Below are positions 1 to 10,122 of a stretch of DNA of 53,432 bases, in pieces. A program made the position numbers and the translations under genes. The stretch comes from an uncultured SAR86 cluster bacterium. Lineage in GTDB: Bacteria; Pseudomonadota; Gammaproteobacteria; Magnimaribacterales; AG-339-G14. Within the stretch, counting starts at the first letter, position 1. Each line of letters starts with the position of its first letter. The stretch covers positions 1-53,432 of the forward strand of contig CABZTA010000003.1 in assembly GCA_902528485.1 (NCBI GenBank). Direction: 5' to 3'. Below the pieces are notes generated by a model. It was not told the DNA's origin and did no database searches. It worked only from the letters and a program-made list of their open reading frames with translations.

Positions 1-2
1 CT

Positions 3-419
3 CGTAAAAGAAAAGATATTGATAAGATATTTATTGATGCCTCACCGAATGAAACAAAAAGAATTATTCCTGCTATCCGCTACAATCTGATTTTTGATGC
101 AGAGATTTTAACTTATCCAAAATCAATAGATGTTTGGAATACAGAATTGAGTCTTAGTGAGCTGAATAAAGTTGAAGGCTTTGAATATCCGGTCTTGTTA
201 AACAGGATGAATGTCTTTGAAAAAATCATTTCTCAATTGGATGTGAACGAAAAAATTGCTTTTTCGGCTGGCTTTGATATTTTCTTTTTTGGAACAAAAA
301 TTAGAGGTAGATCTTCTAATTTTCCTGGATTACTTGGCAAGTATGAAATTAAAGAAAGTTTTATTTATTTTAAGCCTTTAAAATTTTCAATAGATTCTAA
401 TGGCGTAAAACAAGGTTAA
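3..419 (+). CDS. hypothetical protein, 5'-truncated by window edge (C-terminal 138 aa)
   Basis: Frame 3 is open from nt 3, with no stop before the track's TTG at 147, and ends at TAA 417-419. I recognise no motif. It converges on sspA with a 1-nt gap. Confidence 0.5.
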   Translation, partial: RKRKDIDKIFIDASPNETKRIIPAIRYNLIFDAEILTYPKSIDVWNTELSLSELNKVEGFEYPVLLNRMNVFEKIISQLDVNEKIAFSAGFDIFFFGTKIRGRSSNFPGLLGKYEIKESFIYFKPLKFSIDSNGVKQG

Positions 420-420
420 C

Positions 421-1065
421 TTAATCAGTAAAAAAGGATTCTTTTTCACGAAGTGTCAAACTATTTTGAACAAGTTCATTTTCAACCATTCTTTCTGTAT
501 ATTCATGCATATTCTTAGTTGATTTATTATTTGGAATATCAACTCCAAGAAATTTTAACCTAATCAGAATAGGAATTATTGTCGCATCTAAGACAGAGAA
601 TTCTTCGCTTCGAAAATATTCAGATCCATCAAAAAGCATCATTGAATTAGTGATATTTTTTTTGAGCTCCTTTCTTGAAGTATTTTTTTTTGCAGTTGTA
701 GAGGATATATCCTCCAGAATGTCTAAATGGTGGGTCCATTCCTCCTCTATTCTATGAAGAATTAATCTAGTTTGAGCTCTTGACACAGGATAAACAGGTA
801 GCAAAGGGGGATGAGGAAATCTCTCATCTAAGTACTCAACTATTAATTGGGATTTATACAAAGCTAGTTCTCTATCTAATAGCAAAGGAAGGAACCCTTT
901 TGGATTAACTTCCAGAATTTCTTTTGGGAGGTTTTCAGGATCTAGAGCCTCAAGGTCGGCGGAAATACCCTTTTCTGATAATACTATTCTTACTTTATGG
1001 CTTTGATGTCCAATTTCATCATGAAATAAGACCATTGAGGATCTCTTGCCTAATAAACTTGTCAT
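421..1065 (-). CDS. sspA: stringent starvation protein A (GST-fold RNAP-associated protein)
   Basis: 214 aa. Blocks VRIVLSEKG and IVEYLDERFPHPPLLPVYPV match E. coli SspA as I remember it. It lies downstream of petABC, as in Pseudomonas-type genomes. Confidence 0.9.
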   Translation of the reverse strand: MTSLLGKRSSMVLFHDEIGHQSHKVRIVLSEKGISADLEALDPENLPKEILEVNPKGFLPLLLDRELALYKSQLIVEYLDERFPHPPLLPVYPVSRAQTRLILHRIEEEWTHHLDILEDISSTTAKKNTSRKELKKNITNSMMLFDGSEYFRSEEFSVLDATIIPILIRLKFLGVDIPNNKSTKNMHEYTERMVENELVQNSLTLREKESFFTD

Positions 1066-1074
1066 TTTATAAAT

Positions 1075-1737
1075 CTATTTTAAATCTTTTTTAAACTCTC
1101 TATAGACGAGATAAGCAAAAGCAGTAAAAATTAAAAGGAAAAGAATAACATATATGCCAAGTTGTTTTCTCGTTTCAGCTGATGGATCGGATACATATGT
1201 AAGAAAGTTTGTTATGTCAGCAATATATCTATCATAATCCTCTTCCGATAGTTCTGATTGAATATCTTCTAAGACATGTGGCATGGAAACGTTAACGTAA
1301 ACTTTATTATTGACTCCATATGGCCTAGAGGAATCTTCATAAAAAGTATCAAGATAAGTATATATCCACTCTGGCGATCTTAATCTAGCTTCAAGAGTTA
1401 AATCAGGAGGTTTAGCACCTAGTAGTTCTATAGCTTTTGATTCATTGAGACTTATTTGCATTAAATCGCCTATCTTAGAATCGTCAAATATCAAGTTTTG
1501 CTCAAAGATATCCAGAGGGATTGCAAGATCTTCAGCAACTCTTTTATAGCGTGAGTATTTAAGAGAGTGACATCCATAACAATAGTTCATATATGCTGAT
1601 AGACCTCTTTGAAGAGACTCTTTATCTTTTGTGTCAGCGCTGAATTCATAGCACTCAATTGAGCCGCATTTATACTCACTAGCTGTAAAGGAAAGCCCCG
1701 AAAAAAATGAAATAGCTAAAAGTGCTAAGAGGCTCAT
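1075..1737 (-). CDS. petC: ubiquinol-cytochrome c reductase, cytochrome c1 subunit
   Basis: CxxCH haem motif (CYGCHS), N-terminal signal sequence and C-terminal TM anchor. 4-nt overlap with petB. Confidence 0.9.
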   Translation of the reverse strand: MSLLALLAISFFSGLSFTASEYKCGSIECYEFSADTKDKESLQRGLSAYMNYCYGCHSLKYSRYKRVAEDLAIPLDIFEQNLIFDDSKIGDLMQISLNESKAIELLGAKPPDLTLEARLRSPEWIYTYLDTFYEDSSRPYGVNNKVYVNVSMPHVLEDIQSELSEEDYDRYIADITNFLTYVSDPSAETRKQLGIYVILFLLIFTAFAYLVYREFKKDLK

Positions 1738-2987
1738 ACCTGAGCTACTCTCTCCGGAACGGGCTTACATTTTTCTATTCTTGTATAGATAGGCATAAGG
1801 AGAAAGTAAGAGAAATAACCTATAGTGAAAATTTTAGATAAAAGCGTTTTTGTTTCTGTTGGGGGAACCATGCCCAAGTAACAAAGAGCAAAAAAACTTA
1901 CAACGAAAATTCCAAGGAAAGTCTTACTGAAGATTCCTTTATATTTGATCGATTTTACTGGACTTCTATCAAGCCAAGGAAGAACAGCAAAGATAGCGAC
2001 TGCTGCCATCATAGTTGCAAATCCAAGAAATTTGGCAGTTAGTCCAAATAGAGGAAAATCAACGGCTCTCAACATGGCATAAAAAGGTGTGTAATACCAA
2101 GATGGAACAATGTGGGCAGGTGTAGACAAAGGGTTAGCAGGCTCATAATTAACATATTCAATAATATATCCACCTCCTGTTGGAAAGAAGAAGACAACAG
2201 AACAGAAGATGATAAGAAATACTCCAAGTGCAAATATATCGTGGCTGATATCGTAAGGAAAAAATGGTTTTGTATCTAAAGGGACACCATCTTCGTCAAG
2301 GTGTTTTTTAACATCTATTCCATCAGGATTATTTGAACCAATTTCATGGAGAGCAAGAATATGAAAGAAGACAATTGCAATGAGTAATATTGGAAGAAGT
2401 ACAACGTGAAAAGCGAAAAGTCTTGAGAGGGTTATCCCAGAAACTAAGTAATCGCCTCTTATCCATGTGGCTAGATCTTCACCTACAACAGGAATTGAAC
2501 TGAACAGAGAAATGATCACTTGGGCTGCCCAAAAAGACATTTGACCCCAAGGCAGAACATATCCTGTAAAGCCCTCTGCCATGAGAATGAGGTAAGTAAA
2601 CCATCCTCCAAGCCATATTAGCTCTCTTGGTTTTTGATAAGAACCATACATCATCCCTCTAAACATATGTAAATAGATCAGGGCAAAGAATGCTGAAGCA
2701 CCTGCAGCATGCATGTATCGGATAAGCCACCCATACTCCACATCTCTCATGATGTATTCCACCGAAGAAAAAGCCTCTTCAGCTGAGTTTGTGTAATTCA
2801 TCATAAGCCACAAACCTGTGACAATTTGCATCGCTAAAACAACAATAAGAAGGAATCCAAAAAGATACCAAATATTGAGGTTAGTGGGTGCAGGATATTT
2901 AGATAAATGCCTTTCAAAAACTTCAGTCAAAGGGAATCTAAAATCAACCCAATTGAGAAGTCGTTTCGTTCTAGTATCAGTTGCCAT
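1734..2987 (-). CDS. petB: ubiquinol-cytochrome c reductase, cytochrome b subunit
   Basis: 417-aa polytopic membrane protein with cytochrome b blocks ([26 protein letters not shown]). Sits between the Rieske and c1 genes. Confidence 0.95.
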   Translation of the reverse strand: MATDTRTKRLLNWVDFRFPLTEVFERHLSKYPAPTNLNIWYLFGFLLIVVLAMQIVTGLWLMMNYTNSAEEAFSSVEYIMRDVEYGWLIRYMHAAGASAFFALIYLHMFRGMMYGSYQKPRELIWLGGWFTYLILMAEGFTGYVLPWGQMSFWAAQVIISLFSSIPVVGEDLATWIRGDYLVSGITLSRLFAFHVVLLPILLIAIVFFHILALHEIGSNNPDGIDVKKHLDEDGVPLDTKPFFPYDISHDIFALGVFLIIFCSVVFFFPTGGGYIIEYVNYEPANPLSTPAHIVPSWYYTPFYAMLRAVDFPLFGLTAKFLGFATMMAAVAIFAVLPWLDRSPVKSIKYKGIFSKTFLGIFVVSFFALCYLGMVPPTETKTLLSKIFTIGYFSYFLLMPIYTRIEKCKPVPERVAQV

Positions 2988-3580
2988 TAACTCGCTCCAT
3001 CGGATCCAATTACCAACATGGAATCGGATTCAAAATAATGAGGTGGGACTTCAAGGTTGGTTGGGGCAGGAACATTGGCATAAACTCTTCCAGCAAGATC
3101 AAACTTTGATCCATGACATGGACAGAAAAAACCCCCCTGCCAATTAGGATCGAAATCCTGGGAGATAGCTTCGGGATAAAACTTTGGAGCACAACCTAAA
3201 TGGGTGCAAACTCCTTTTAAGACTGCTATACCCTCTTTTCTAGATCTAGTATCGTTTTTCGCATATTGAGGTTGTTGTTCTTGTGCAGAATTTGGATCAG
3301 CAAGCTTATTTTTATCTGATGATAATACGTTTTGGGCTTCGTTTGAAACCTTGTAAACAAATACAGGCATTCCCCTCCATTCTACGGTCATTAGTTCACC
3401 TTGAGATAGCTTGCCTATGTTAACTTTTACTGGCGCTCCTGCAGCCTCAGCTCGAGCGCTGGGCTTAAATGCACTTAAAAAAGGTATAGCTGCAAAAATC
3501 ACTCCAACAAATCCTAACAAGGATGTGATTGATGTAAGTAATTGTCGCCTTATTGGGTTCGGAGGAGAATTCGGTTGCAT
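2987..3580 (-). CDS. petA: ubiquinol-cytochrome c reductase, Rieske iron-sulfur subunit
   Basis: Rieske boxes CTHLGC and CPCHGS. Tat-like RRQLL motif followed by an N-terminal TM anchor. Confidence 0.95.
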   Translation of the reverse strand: MQPNSPPNPIRRQLLTSITSLLGFVGVIFAAIPFLSAFKPSARAEAAGAPVKVNIGKLSQGELMTVEWRGMPVFVYKVSNEAQNVLSSDKNKLADPNSAQEQQPQYAKNDTRSRKEGIAVLKGVCTHLGCAPKFYPEAISQDFDPNWQGGFFCPCHGSKFDLAGRVYANVPAPTNLEVPPHYFESDSMLVIGSDGAS

Positions 3581-3585
3581 AAAGT

Positions 3586-3978
3586 CTATCTTTTGCTGAA
3601 CTGAGGTGCTTTTCGAGCTTTTCTTAAACCGACCTTTTTCCTTTCAACTTTCCTTGAGTCTCTTGTAAGAAAACCGGCTTCTTTAAGAATTGACTTTAAA
3701 GACTCATCATACTTAACAAGGGCCCTTGAAAGACCATGTCTAATTGCCCCTGCCTGACCAAAATACCCTCCGCCAGAAACGTAAATTTTTAAGTCTATTT
3801 TTCCTTCCATATCAACAAGTTTTATCGGTTGTTTAACGAGTATTCTAGCTACTTCACGGCCAAAATATTCTTCTAATGGTAGATCGTTAACTAATATGGA
3901 GCCTTCCCCCGAACTAAGATAAACCCTAGCTGTGGAGGTTTTCCTTCTACCGGTAGAGTAAAACTTATTATCGCTCAT
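3586..3978 (-). CDS. rpsI: 30S ribosomal protein S9
   Basis: 130 aa with the basic C-terminus [12 protein letters not shown]. Follows rplM. Confidence 0.97.
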   Translation of the reverse strand: MSDNKFYSTGRRKTSTARVYLSSGEGSILVNDLPLEEYFGREVARILVKQPIKLVDMEGKIDLKIYVSGGGYFGQAGAIRHGLSRALVKYDESLKSILKEAGFLTRDSRKVERKKVGLRKARKAPQFSKR

Positions 3979-3981
3979 TTT

Positions 3982-4410
3982 CTAAAATTCCTTTTTAACT
4001 GGATTTTGAGCACTGTGAGGATGAATCTCGCCTTTATAAACTTTTAGTTTTTTTATCACAGAGTTTGAGAGTTTATTTTTTGGCAACATACCTTTAACTG
4101 CCGAGGTGATTATTCTATCTGGATAAGTAGAAACTAGGTCATTAAAGCTTTGGGACTTAATTCCACCAGGATAACCCGTGTGTCTGTAATACATCTTTTG
4201 TTCGTTTTTGTTACCTGTAATTTTAATTTTTTCAGCATTTATAACAACAACATAGTCACCGACATCATTATGAGGAGTATACTCAGGTTTATTTTTTCCC
4301 ATTAGAATTTTAGCGATGTAAGTACTTAAACGACCTAATGTTTTATCTGAAGCGTCTACTAACAACCAGCTTTTATCCGAGGGTTCTAATTTATATGATT
4401 TTGTATCCAT
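3982..4410 (-). CDS. rplM: 50S ribosomal protein L13
   Basis: 142 aa with the uL13 N-terminus ([16 protein letters not shown]). First gene of the rplM-rpsI pair. Confidence 0.97.
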   Translation of the reverse strand: MDTKSYKLEPSDKSWLLVDASDKTLGRLSTYIAKILMGKNKPEYTPHNDVGDYVVVINAEKIKITGNKNEQKMYYRHTGYPGGIKSQSFNDLVSTYPDRIITSAVKGMLPKNKLSNSVIKKLKVYKGEIHPHSAQNPVKKEF

Positions 4411-4478
4411 AATTAACGCACAAAGCGCGTGAATGATACATTAGAGAGGTTATAATTTACAACTCTGAATAATAAAAA

Positions 4479-5249
4479 ATGCGCTCTTTTTATACTCTAT
4501 CTATATGGATATTATTAGGAACTTTAGCTGGATATGGTTTTCTGGCTTTTATGGGACTAGGCGGCAAAAATGATAATTCTTCAAATGTCTTTAACTTTGA
4601 AAAATCTGCATCATCTGTTGTAAATATTTGGAGCCTTCGTCGCTGGCGAGAGTGGCAAGAAAAAACTCCCTCGTTGGGGCTCAGAAGATGGAAACAAGTC
4701 ATTAAAACAGGGTTTTTCCCAGATGGATCTGGAGTCATCTTTGATAAGGATGGTCATATAATAACTAATCTACACGTATTAAATAATTCTATTCAATTAA
4801 AACAAAAACTTCTTATAGAACTCTATGATGGCTCAAATCACGAGGTTGAAATCATTGGTATTGACAGAGACAACGATTTAGCAGTTTTAAAATTAGTTGA
4901 GGAAAATGTAGAGATCTTTCCGATACAAAGAAAAAGAAGAATAGAAGAAATCAATATTGGTGAAACTGTTTTTGCGATTGGCAATCCACAAGGACTTGGT
5001 CAATCTGTCAGTATGGGAATAATTTCAGCAATTGGGAGAAAGTTTATCAATAAAGAAGGTTCTTTCATACAGACCGATGCTTCTATAAATCCTGGTAATT
5101 CAGGTGGTGCACTAGTTGATACTAGGGGAAACTTATTAGGAATTATTAATTTTATAGAATCTACAACTGGTGGAAATCAAGGCTTGAATTTTGCAATTCC
5201 AATTGATGTTGTATCTGAGAGTTATTTCGAAATCGTTAAAGGTGAATGA
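4479..5249 (+). CDS. membrane-anchored DegS/HtrA-family (S1C) serine endoprotease lacking a PDZ domain
   Basis: N-terminal TM helix. Catalytic triad contexts are IITNLHV (His), NDLAVLK (Asp) and GNSGGALV (Ser). It aligns by eye with the E. coli DegS protease domain and stops where the PDZ linker would begin. Confidence 0.8.
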   Translation: MRSFYTLSIWILLGTLAGYGFLAFMGLGGKNDNSSNVFNFEKSASSVVNIWSLRRWREWQEKTPSLGLRRWKQVIKTGFFPDGSGVIFDKDGHIITNLHVLNNSIQLKQKLLIELYDGSNHEVEIIGIDRDNDLAVLKLVEENVEIFPIQRKRRIEEINIGETVFAIGNPQGLGQSVSMGIISAIGRKFINKEGSFIQTDASINPGNSGGALVDTRGNLLGIINFIESTTGGNQGLNFAIPIDVVSESYFEIVKGE

Positions 5250-5265
5250 GATAACTAATTATCTC
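5248..5265. terminator. 7-bp AT-rich hairpin (GAGATAA-CTAA-TTATCTC) spanning the two convergent stop codons
   Basis: Perfect inverted repeat read directly from the sequence. It covers the TGA of the protease gene (5247-5249) and the TAG of hisD (5255-5257). The stem has only 2 G-C pairs, so it is weak. Confidence 0.3.
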
Positions 5266-6544
5266 TCTCTTTCAAAGCATTAGCATGCTCAAATAAACCC
5301 TCACTTTCTGCAATGCTAATAGACTTTTCAAGAAGAGCTTTATACCCATTTTTCTTATATGAGTTTTTTGTGGCAACCACGAAGGAAGTTTTTACATAAA
5401 AGTCATTCAATGAAACTTGTGAACTATATCGTCCTTGGCCCCCAGTAGGAATAACATGTGATGGTCCTGCACAATAATCTCCCATTACAGCAGATGACTC
5501 AGTTCCAATAAAGATGGCACCAGCTTGAATTTCAGGTATCTGATCCAAATCAATATCATCAATAAGAATTTCTAAATGTTCGGGGATAATTAAATTTGAT
5601 AATGAAATAGCATGCTCCAATGAACAAGCATCAATTGAGCAGCAATTTATCAAAGCATTATCTATAATACCTTTTCTCTTTGATTTAGATAAATTCTTTT
5701 CCAACGATTGTTTAAATAAATTCAAGTCAAAACCAGGCAAATGAATTAAGAAGCATCTTGAATCCTCGCCATGTTCAGCTTGAGCTAAAAAATCCCTCAC
5801 TGCATATTCAATTGATGAATTTTCATCGACAATAATTGCAACTTCTGACGGTCCATTTAGCGAATCAATTCCTACCTCGCCAAAAAGCTGTCTTTTTGCT
5901 TCTGATACATAGCTATTTCCTGGTCCAAATATTTTATCAACGCTTTCAATGCTCTCAGTCCCATATGCGATAGCAGCTAAAGTATGTGCTCCTCCAGAAT
6001 TAATTACTCTTTTTGCTCCAATTAAATGAGATGATGCGAACATAAGGTCTAAGTCATCTATTTTTCCTGGAAACATAACTGTTATCTCATTTACTCCTGC
6101 TAACTTAGCTAATACTCCTGTCATTAGAATAGAAGAAGGATACTGTGCTTTTCCTCCAGGAGCGTAAAGACCTACTTTCTCTATAGGCCTCAAAAAATAG
6201 CCATATTTTTCTACTGAGTCATCTTCAAATTCTTTGAATACTTCAATGTCTTTATTATGAAATTTTTCTATTCTGTCAGCCATATAAACCAACATATCCC
6301 TATTTTTATCATTCAGAGAATTAAACTTATCCTCTAAGTAATTTTGATCAAACAAAACCTCATCTACAGATTTAAGATTTTTTTCTTCATATTTATTTAT
6401 GCATGAAAGTAAAGATTCATTTCCAGAGTCTTTTACTGCCAAAATTATTTTTCTGACAGCATCTTCAATACCATTTTCCTTCTGAAGATTTTTTTCATTT
6501 AACAAATATTCTTTCAAAGAAGAATTTTCAATATTCTTAATCAC
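5255..6544 (-). CDS. hisD: histidinol dehydrogenase
   Basis: Blocks FGPGNSYVSEAKR and AQAEHGEDS. 8-nt overlap with hisG. Confidence 0.95.
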   Translation of the reverse strand: MIKNIENSSLKEYLLNEKNLQKENGIEDAVRKIILAVKDSGNESLLSCINKYEEKNLKSVDEVLFDQNYLEDKFNSLNDKNRDMLVYMADRIEKFHNKDIEVFKEFEDDSVEKYGYFLRPIEKVGLYAPGGKAQYPSSILMTGVLAKLAGVNEITVMFPGKIDDLDLMFASSHLIGAKRVINSGGAHTLAAIAYGTESIESVDKIFGPGNSYVSEAKRQLFGEVGIDSLNGPSEVAIIVDENSSIEYAVRDFLAQAEHGEDSRCFLIHLPGFDLNLFKQSLEKNLSKSKRKGIIDNALINCCSIDACSLEHAISLSNLIIPEHLEILIDDIDLDQIPEIQAGAIFIGTESSAVMGDYCAGPSHVIPTGGQGRYSSQVSLNDFYVKTSFVVATKNSYKKNGYKALLEKSISIAESEGLFEHANALKERDN

Positions 6545-7142
6545 TCTTAATCCTTTGAATAAATTTTTTAATTTCTTTATTTTTTGTTCTAAATTTTGAT
6601 TTATTTACGATTAGCCTAGTTGAAATCTCCTTTAAAACTTTAAGTTCTTTTAATCCATTTTCTTTCAAAGTACTACCAGTATTTACAAGATCGACAATGA
6701 AGTCGGATATTCCGAGGATTGGTGCTATTTCAATAGACCCTTTTAATTCAATTATTTCAGCATCTATGAAATTTTCTGATAAAAAATTATTTGTTTCTTT
6801 AGAGAATTTTGAAGCTATTGTGGAGCCAGCCAATTCGCTGATCTTTTTTTCCTTTGCGGCTAAAGATAATCTGCATTTTCCAATGTTTAAATCTAGGACT
6901 TCAAAGAAATTTTTGTCTTCTGTTTCAAGAAGAACATCTTTTCCAACAATGCCAATATCAACGGCACCGTAACTTACAAACTTAGGAATATCCCAGCCTC
7001 GAAGAATAGAAAATTGAATATTTTGTTCTGATGAGCCAAAAATTAATTTTCTTTTATCTTCTTTTAAAGTGATTCCTGAGTCCTTAAGTAATTGACTTAT
7101 TTCCTTATAAATTCTTCCTTTTGGCAACCCAATTAATATCAT
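6537..7142 (-). CDS. hisG: ATP phosphoribosyltransferase, short form (HisZ-dependent type)
   Basis: 201 aa starting [10 protein letters not shown] and lacking the C-terminal regulatory domain. Sits upstream of hisD. Confidence 0.9.
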   Translation of the reverse strand: MILIGLPKGRIYKEISQLLKDSGITLKEDKRKLIFGSSEQNIQFSILRGWDIPKFVSYGAVDIGIVGKDVLLETEDKNFFEVLDLNIGKCRLSLAAKEKKISELAGSTIASKFSKETNNFLSENFIDAEIIELKGSIEIAPILGISDFIVDLVNTGSTLKENGLKELKVLKEISTRLIVNKSKFRTKNKEIKKFIQRIKSD

Positions 7143-8404
7143 GCTGAAATCCTTTCTATCTTTGCTCCCAAAAGCTTAAGTTTTTCTTCAATTCTCTCGT
7201 AACCTCTATCAATATGGTAGATCCTATCGACTAAAGTTTCTCCTGTAGCAACAAGACCTGCCAATACCAGGCTAGCTGAAGCTCTTAAATCGGTTGCCAT
7301 TACTGGAGCAGCTATTAATTTTCTACCTTTTCCCTTTATGAAAGCAGTGTTCCCTCTCAGCTCTATATCTCCTCCCATTCTGATAAGTTCATTAACATGC
7401 ATAAACCTATTTTCAAAAACAGTTTCAGTGACAGTTGCAGAGCCACTTGAAATAGCATTAAGAGCTATGAATTGTGCTTGCATGTCTGTCGGAAATGAAG
7501 GAAAAGGCGCCGTACTAAGAGAAGTCGATTTAGGAATATCTTCTTTCATTTTTAAATTAATTTGATCATTACTACAAGTTATACTTGCCCCGGCCTCTTC
7601 TAATTTAGTAATTACTGCACTCAAGGAGTTTGGTTGACAGTTATGAACAGTAATTTCACCACCCGTCATAGTAGTTGCAACTAAATAGGTTGCAGTTTCG
7701 ATTCTATCAGGCATTATTGAGAAAGAGGTTCCGTGAAGTTGTTTGACTCCTTCAATGACAAGCTCATCAGATCCAATCCCTGATATTTTTGCACCACAAT
7801 CATTCAAACAAATTGCTAAATCAGATACCTCGGGCTCCCTTGCGCAATTTTTTAGGATTGTAATTCCATCTGCCAAACTTGCGGCCATGAGAGCATTCTC
7901 AGTTGCTGTAACACTAACAAGTTCAAAGTGAAACTCACAACCCTTTAGCCGACCATTGGTTTTTGCCTCTATATATCCATCTTTTATGAAAATTTGTGAG
8001 CCCATTTTTTTCATGATATCAATATGGAGATTTACCGGACGGCTCCCAATTGCACATCCTCCTGGTAGAGCTACTTTAGCGTATCCAGTTTTTGCTAAAA
8101 GTGGTCCCAAAACAAGAACAGAAGCTCTCATCGTTTTTACCAGCTCATATCTTGCACCAACATCATTCAAGCCAGAAGGATCTAGTTCCACCTCCATATC
8201 CTCAGATAAGGTCATATCTACACCCATTGAACCAAGCAGTTCAAGCATGGTTGTGACATCATTAAGATGAGGGATATTTTTAATAATTATTGGATCATCA
8301 AGGAGTATCGATGAAGCAAGAATAGGTAAGGCAGAGTTTTTTGCTCCAGATGATTTGATGGAGCCGTTAAGCTCAAAACCGCCCTCTACTAGCAATTTAT
8401 CCAT
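7139..8404 (-). CDS. murA: UDP-N-acetylglucosamine 1-carboxyvinyltransferase
   Basis: 421 aa. The N-terminus [25 protein letters not shown] is typical of MurA. murA-hisG-hisD synteny. Confidence 0.95.
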   Translation of the reverse strand: MDKLLVEGGFELNGSIKSSGAKNSALPILASSILLDDPIIIKNIPHLNDVTTMLELLGSMGVDMTLSEDMEVELDPSGLNDVGARYELVKTMRASVLVLGPLLAKTGYAKVALPGGCAIGSRPVNLHIDIMKKMGSQIFIKDGYIEAKTNGRLKGCEFHFELVSVTATENALMAASLADGITILKNCAREPEVSDLAICLNDCGAKISGIGSDELVIEGVKQLHGTSFSIMPDRIETATYLVATTMTGGEITVHNCQPNSLSAVITKLEEAGASITCSNDQINLKMKEDIPKSTSLSTAPFPSFPTDMQAQFIALNAISSGSATVTETVFENRFMHVNELIRMGGDIELRGNTAFIKGKGRKLIAAPVMATDLRASASLVLAGLVATGETLVDRIYHIDRGYERIEEKLKLLGAKIERISA

Positions 8405-9109
8405 TTATGAGTTCTGTCTAATATCTGAAATTTCCCAACTATCTATTACTTTGTCTAAGTCCAGACCAAATGCTTTTCTAGCATTTTGTAAAAGTATTTC
8501 ATTATCTCCTTCAAGAGCAGCAGAGAGAAGAGAAGAAGAAACTTCAAGATTATTTTCTTTAGCTAGTGACGAGAATTGAGTCTTAAAAATGGAAACAATA
8601 TTTACTCCGCTAAAAATAATATTGATGACACCCCACTTATCGTTCTTTTTAATCATTTGATAGGTAAGTTCGTAAGCGTCACCACCTGCCGTAATTCTTA
8701 CTCTTACAATTGCTGCGTTTGGCGTATCTTTTGGATGAGCATGACCGATCACTTCAATCTTTTGATCCTCCAAATTGCTTAAAGCACTGGAATAAGTATT
8801 AAAGAAAGTTTCTTTGAATTTATCATTAAATCTTTTTCTTTGTTCCTGTGAGGCAATAGTGAAATACTTTTTACCCATAACCCGTTTTGATATTTCGCTG
8901 ACAGAAATTAGCCCTGAAAATTCCTTTTCTATAAGATCAATTCGGTTATTTTTGCTTAACATCTCTGCGTTATCTTTTAAGAATTTGAATATTTTTTCGT
9001 GCTGACTGTTGACATAATCTTCTAACTCATTATCTGCAATTGCAGGATGAATTAAAAAGATCAATGCAATTAATATAAAATTAATTTGTGAGCCAAGTTT
9101 CCTTATCAT
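8405..9109 (-). CDS. mlaC: MlaC/Ttg2D-family periplasmic phospholipid-binding protein
   Basis: Signal peptide ending AIA-DN. Overall block pattern resembles E. coli MlaC, including GVNIVSIFKTQF near the end. Abuts murA, which is where the mla operon ends in enterics. Confidence 0.65.
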   Translation of the reverse strand: MIRKLGSQINFILIALIFLIHPAIADNELEDYVNSQHEKIFKFLKDNAEMLSKNNRIDLIEKEFSGLISVSEISKRVMGKKYFTIASQEQRKRFNDKFKETFFNTYSSALSNLEDQKIEVIGHAHPKDTPNAAIVRVRITAGGDAYELTYQMIKKNDKWGVINIIFSGVNIVSIFKTQFSSLAKENNLEVSSSLLSAALEGDNEILLQNARKAFGLDLDKVIDSWEISDIRQNS

Positions 9110-9153
9110 GAGATGTAAGTTTACTATATGTTCTTTACTGAAATTTAAAAAAA

Positions 9154-10122
9154 ATGACTGCAGATAACTTTTTCATTCATGCAAAAAAAACTTTTAAAGA
9201 TGAGATCTCATCAATAAATCAATCTTTAGATAATCTTTCTAAGAATGATTTTAATCTGATTTGTAGTCATATAAAGAATCTTAAAGGTAAATTAGTTTTA
9301 ATGGGTGTGGGAAAATCAGGCCATATTGCTGCAAAGATTTCATCAACTTTATCAAGCACTGGGACTCCTTCTTTTTTTATAAATCCTTCTGAAGCTAGTC
9401 ATGGTGATCTTGGAGCTATTTCAAAGAGTGATGGAATTCTCATAATTTCAAATTCTGGGGAAACCGATGAAATTGTTCTGATACTTGGCGGCCTATTGAG
9501 AAAGACAAAAAATATTCTTTCGATTACGGGAAATGAAGAGTCCTCTATCGCCAAAAAATCTCTGGTCCACTTAGAGGCAAAAGTAGATAAAGAGGCTTGC
9601 CCAAATAATTTGGCACCAACTACAAGCACTTCATTCATGCTCATGTTGGGAGATGCTATATCAATTTCATTGTTGAAAAATAATAGTTTCAGTCCAAAAG
9701 AATTTGCGGAAAATCATCCAGGTGGGAAGTTAGGCAAAAGATTTCTCCTCTCTAAAGACTTAATGATCGATATCAAAAAAATACCGATAGTAAAAGAAAG
9801 CACTACTATCTTGGATGCAATTAAAGTCATCACACAATTTGGCTTGGGATTTTGTTTAGTAGAAAATTCGAAGAAAACCATTAATGCAATATTCACTGAT
9901 GGTGATTTAAGAAGAACTTTAAATAAAAAAATAGACATCAGAAAATTATCAATTTCAAAAGTAATGACAAAATCTTTCAAAAGTATTGAGCATGATAAAA
10001 ATGCCTATTTAGCTAGAGAGATTATGTCCAAGAATAAAATATATAGCCTTGTTGTAAAAAATCATAAAAAAGTTGTTGGGGTTATAAGAATGCATGAGCT
10101 AAATGAATCCAGAGTGTTTTAA
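9154..10122 (+). CDS. kdsD: arabinose-5-phosphate isomerase (SIS domain plus two CBS domains)
   Basis: SIS block GVGKSGHIA followed by a tandem CBS region. Sits upstream of lptC/lptB as in E. coli. Confidence 0.9.
   Translation: MTADNFFIHAKKTFKDEISSINQSLDNLSKNDFNLICSHIKNLKGKLVLMGVGKSGHIAAKISSTLSSTGTPSFFINPSEASHGDLGAISKSDGILIISNSGETDEIVLILGGLLRKTKNILSITGNEESSIAKKSLVHLEAKVDKEACPNNLAPTTSTSFMLMLGDAISISLLKNNSFSPKEFAENHPGGKLGKRFLLSKDLMIDIKKIPIVKESTTILDAIKVITQFGLGFCLVENSKKTINAIFTDGDLRRTLNKKIDIRKLSISKVMTKSFKSIEHDKNAYLAREIMSKNKIYSLVVKNHKKVVGVIRMHELNESRVF

Noticed and set aside
2818-3599. Track ORFs 2818-3147 (+), 3010-3192 (-, out of frame) and 3411-3599 (+) within petB/petA
   Set aside because: They are shadow or alternative-frame ORFs inside genes with diagnostic Rieske and cytochrome b motifs.
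4411-4478. Imperfect palindrome ACGCACAAAGCGCGT and a TATAAT (4451-4456) between rplM and the protease gene, considered as an L13 autoregulatory leader or promoter
   Set aside because: The stem is short and imperfect. TATAAT-like hexamers occur by chance at high frequency in AT-rich DNA, and nothing supports it beyond the pattern.
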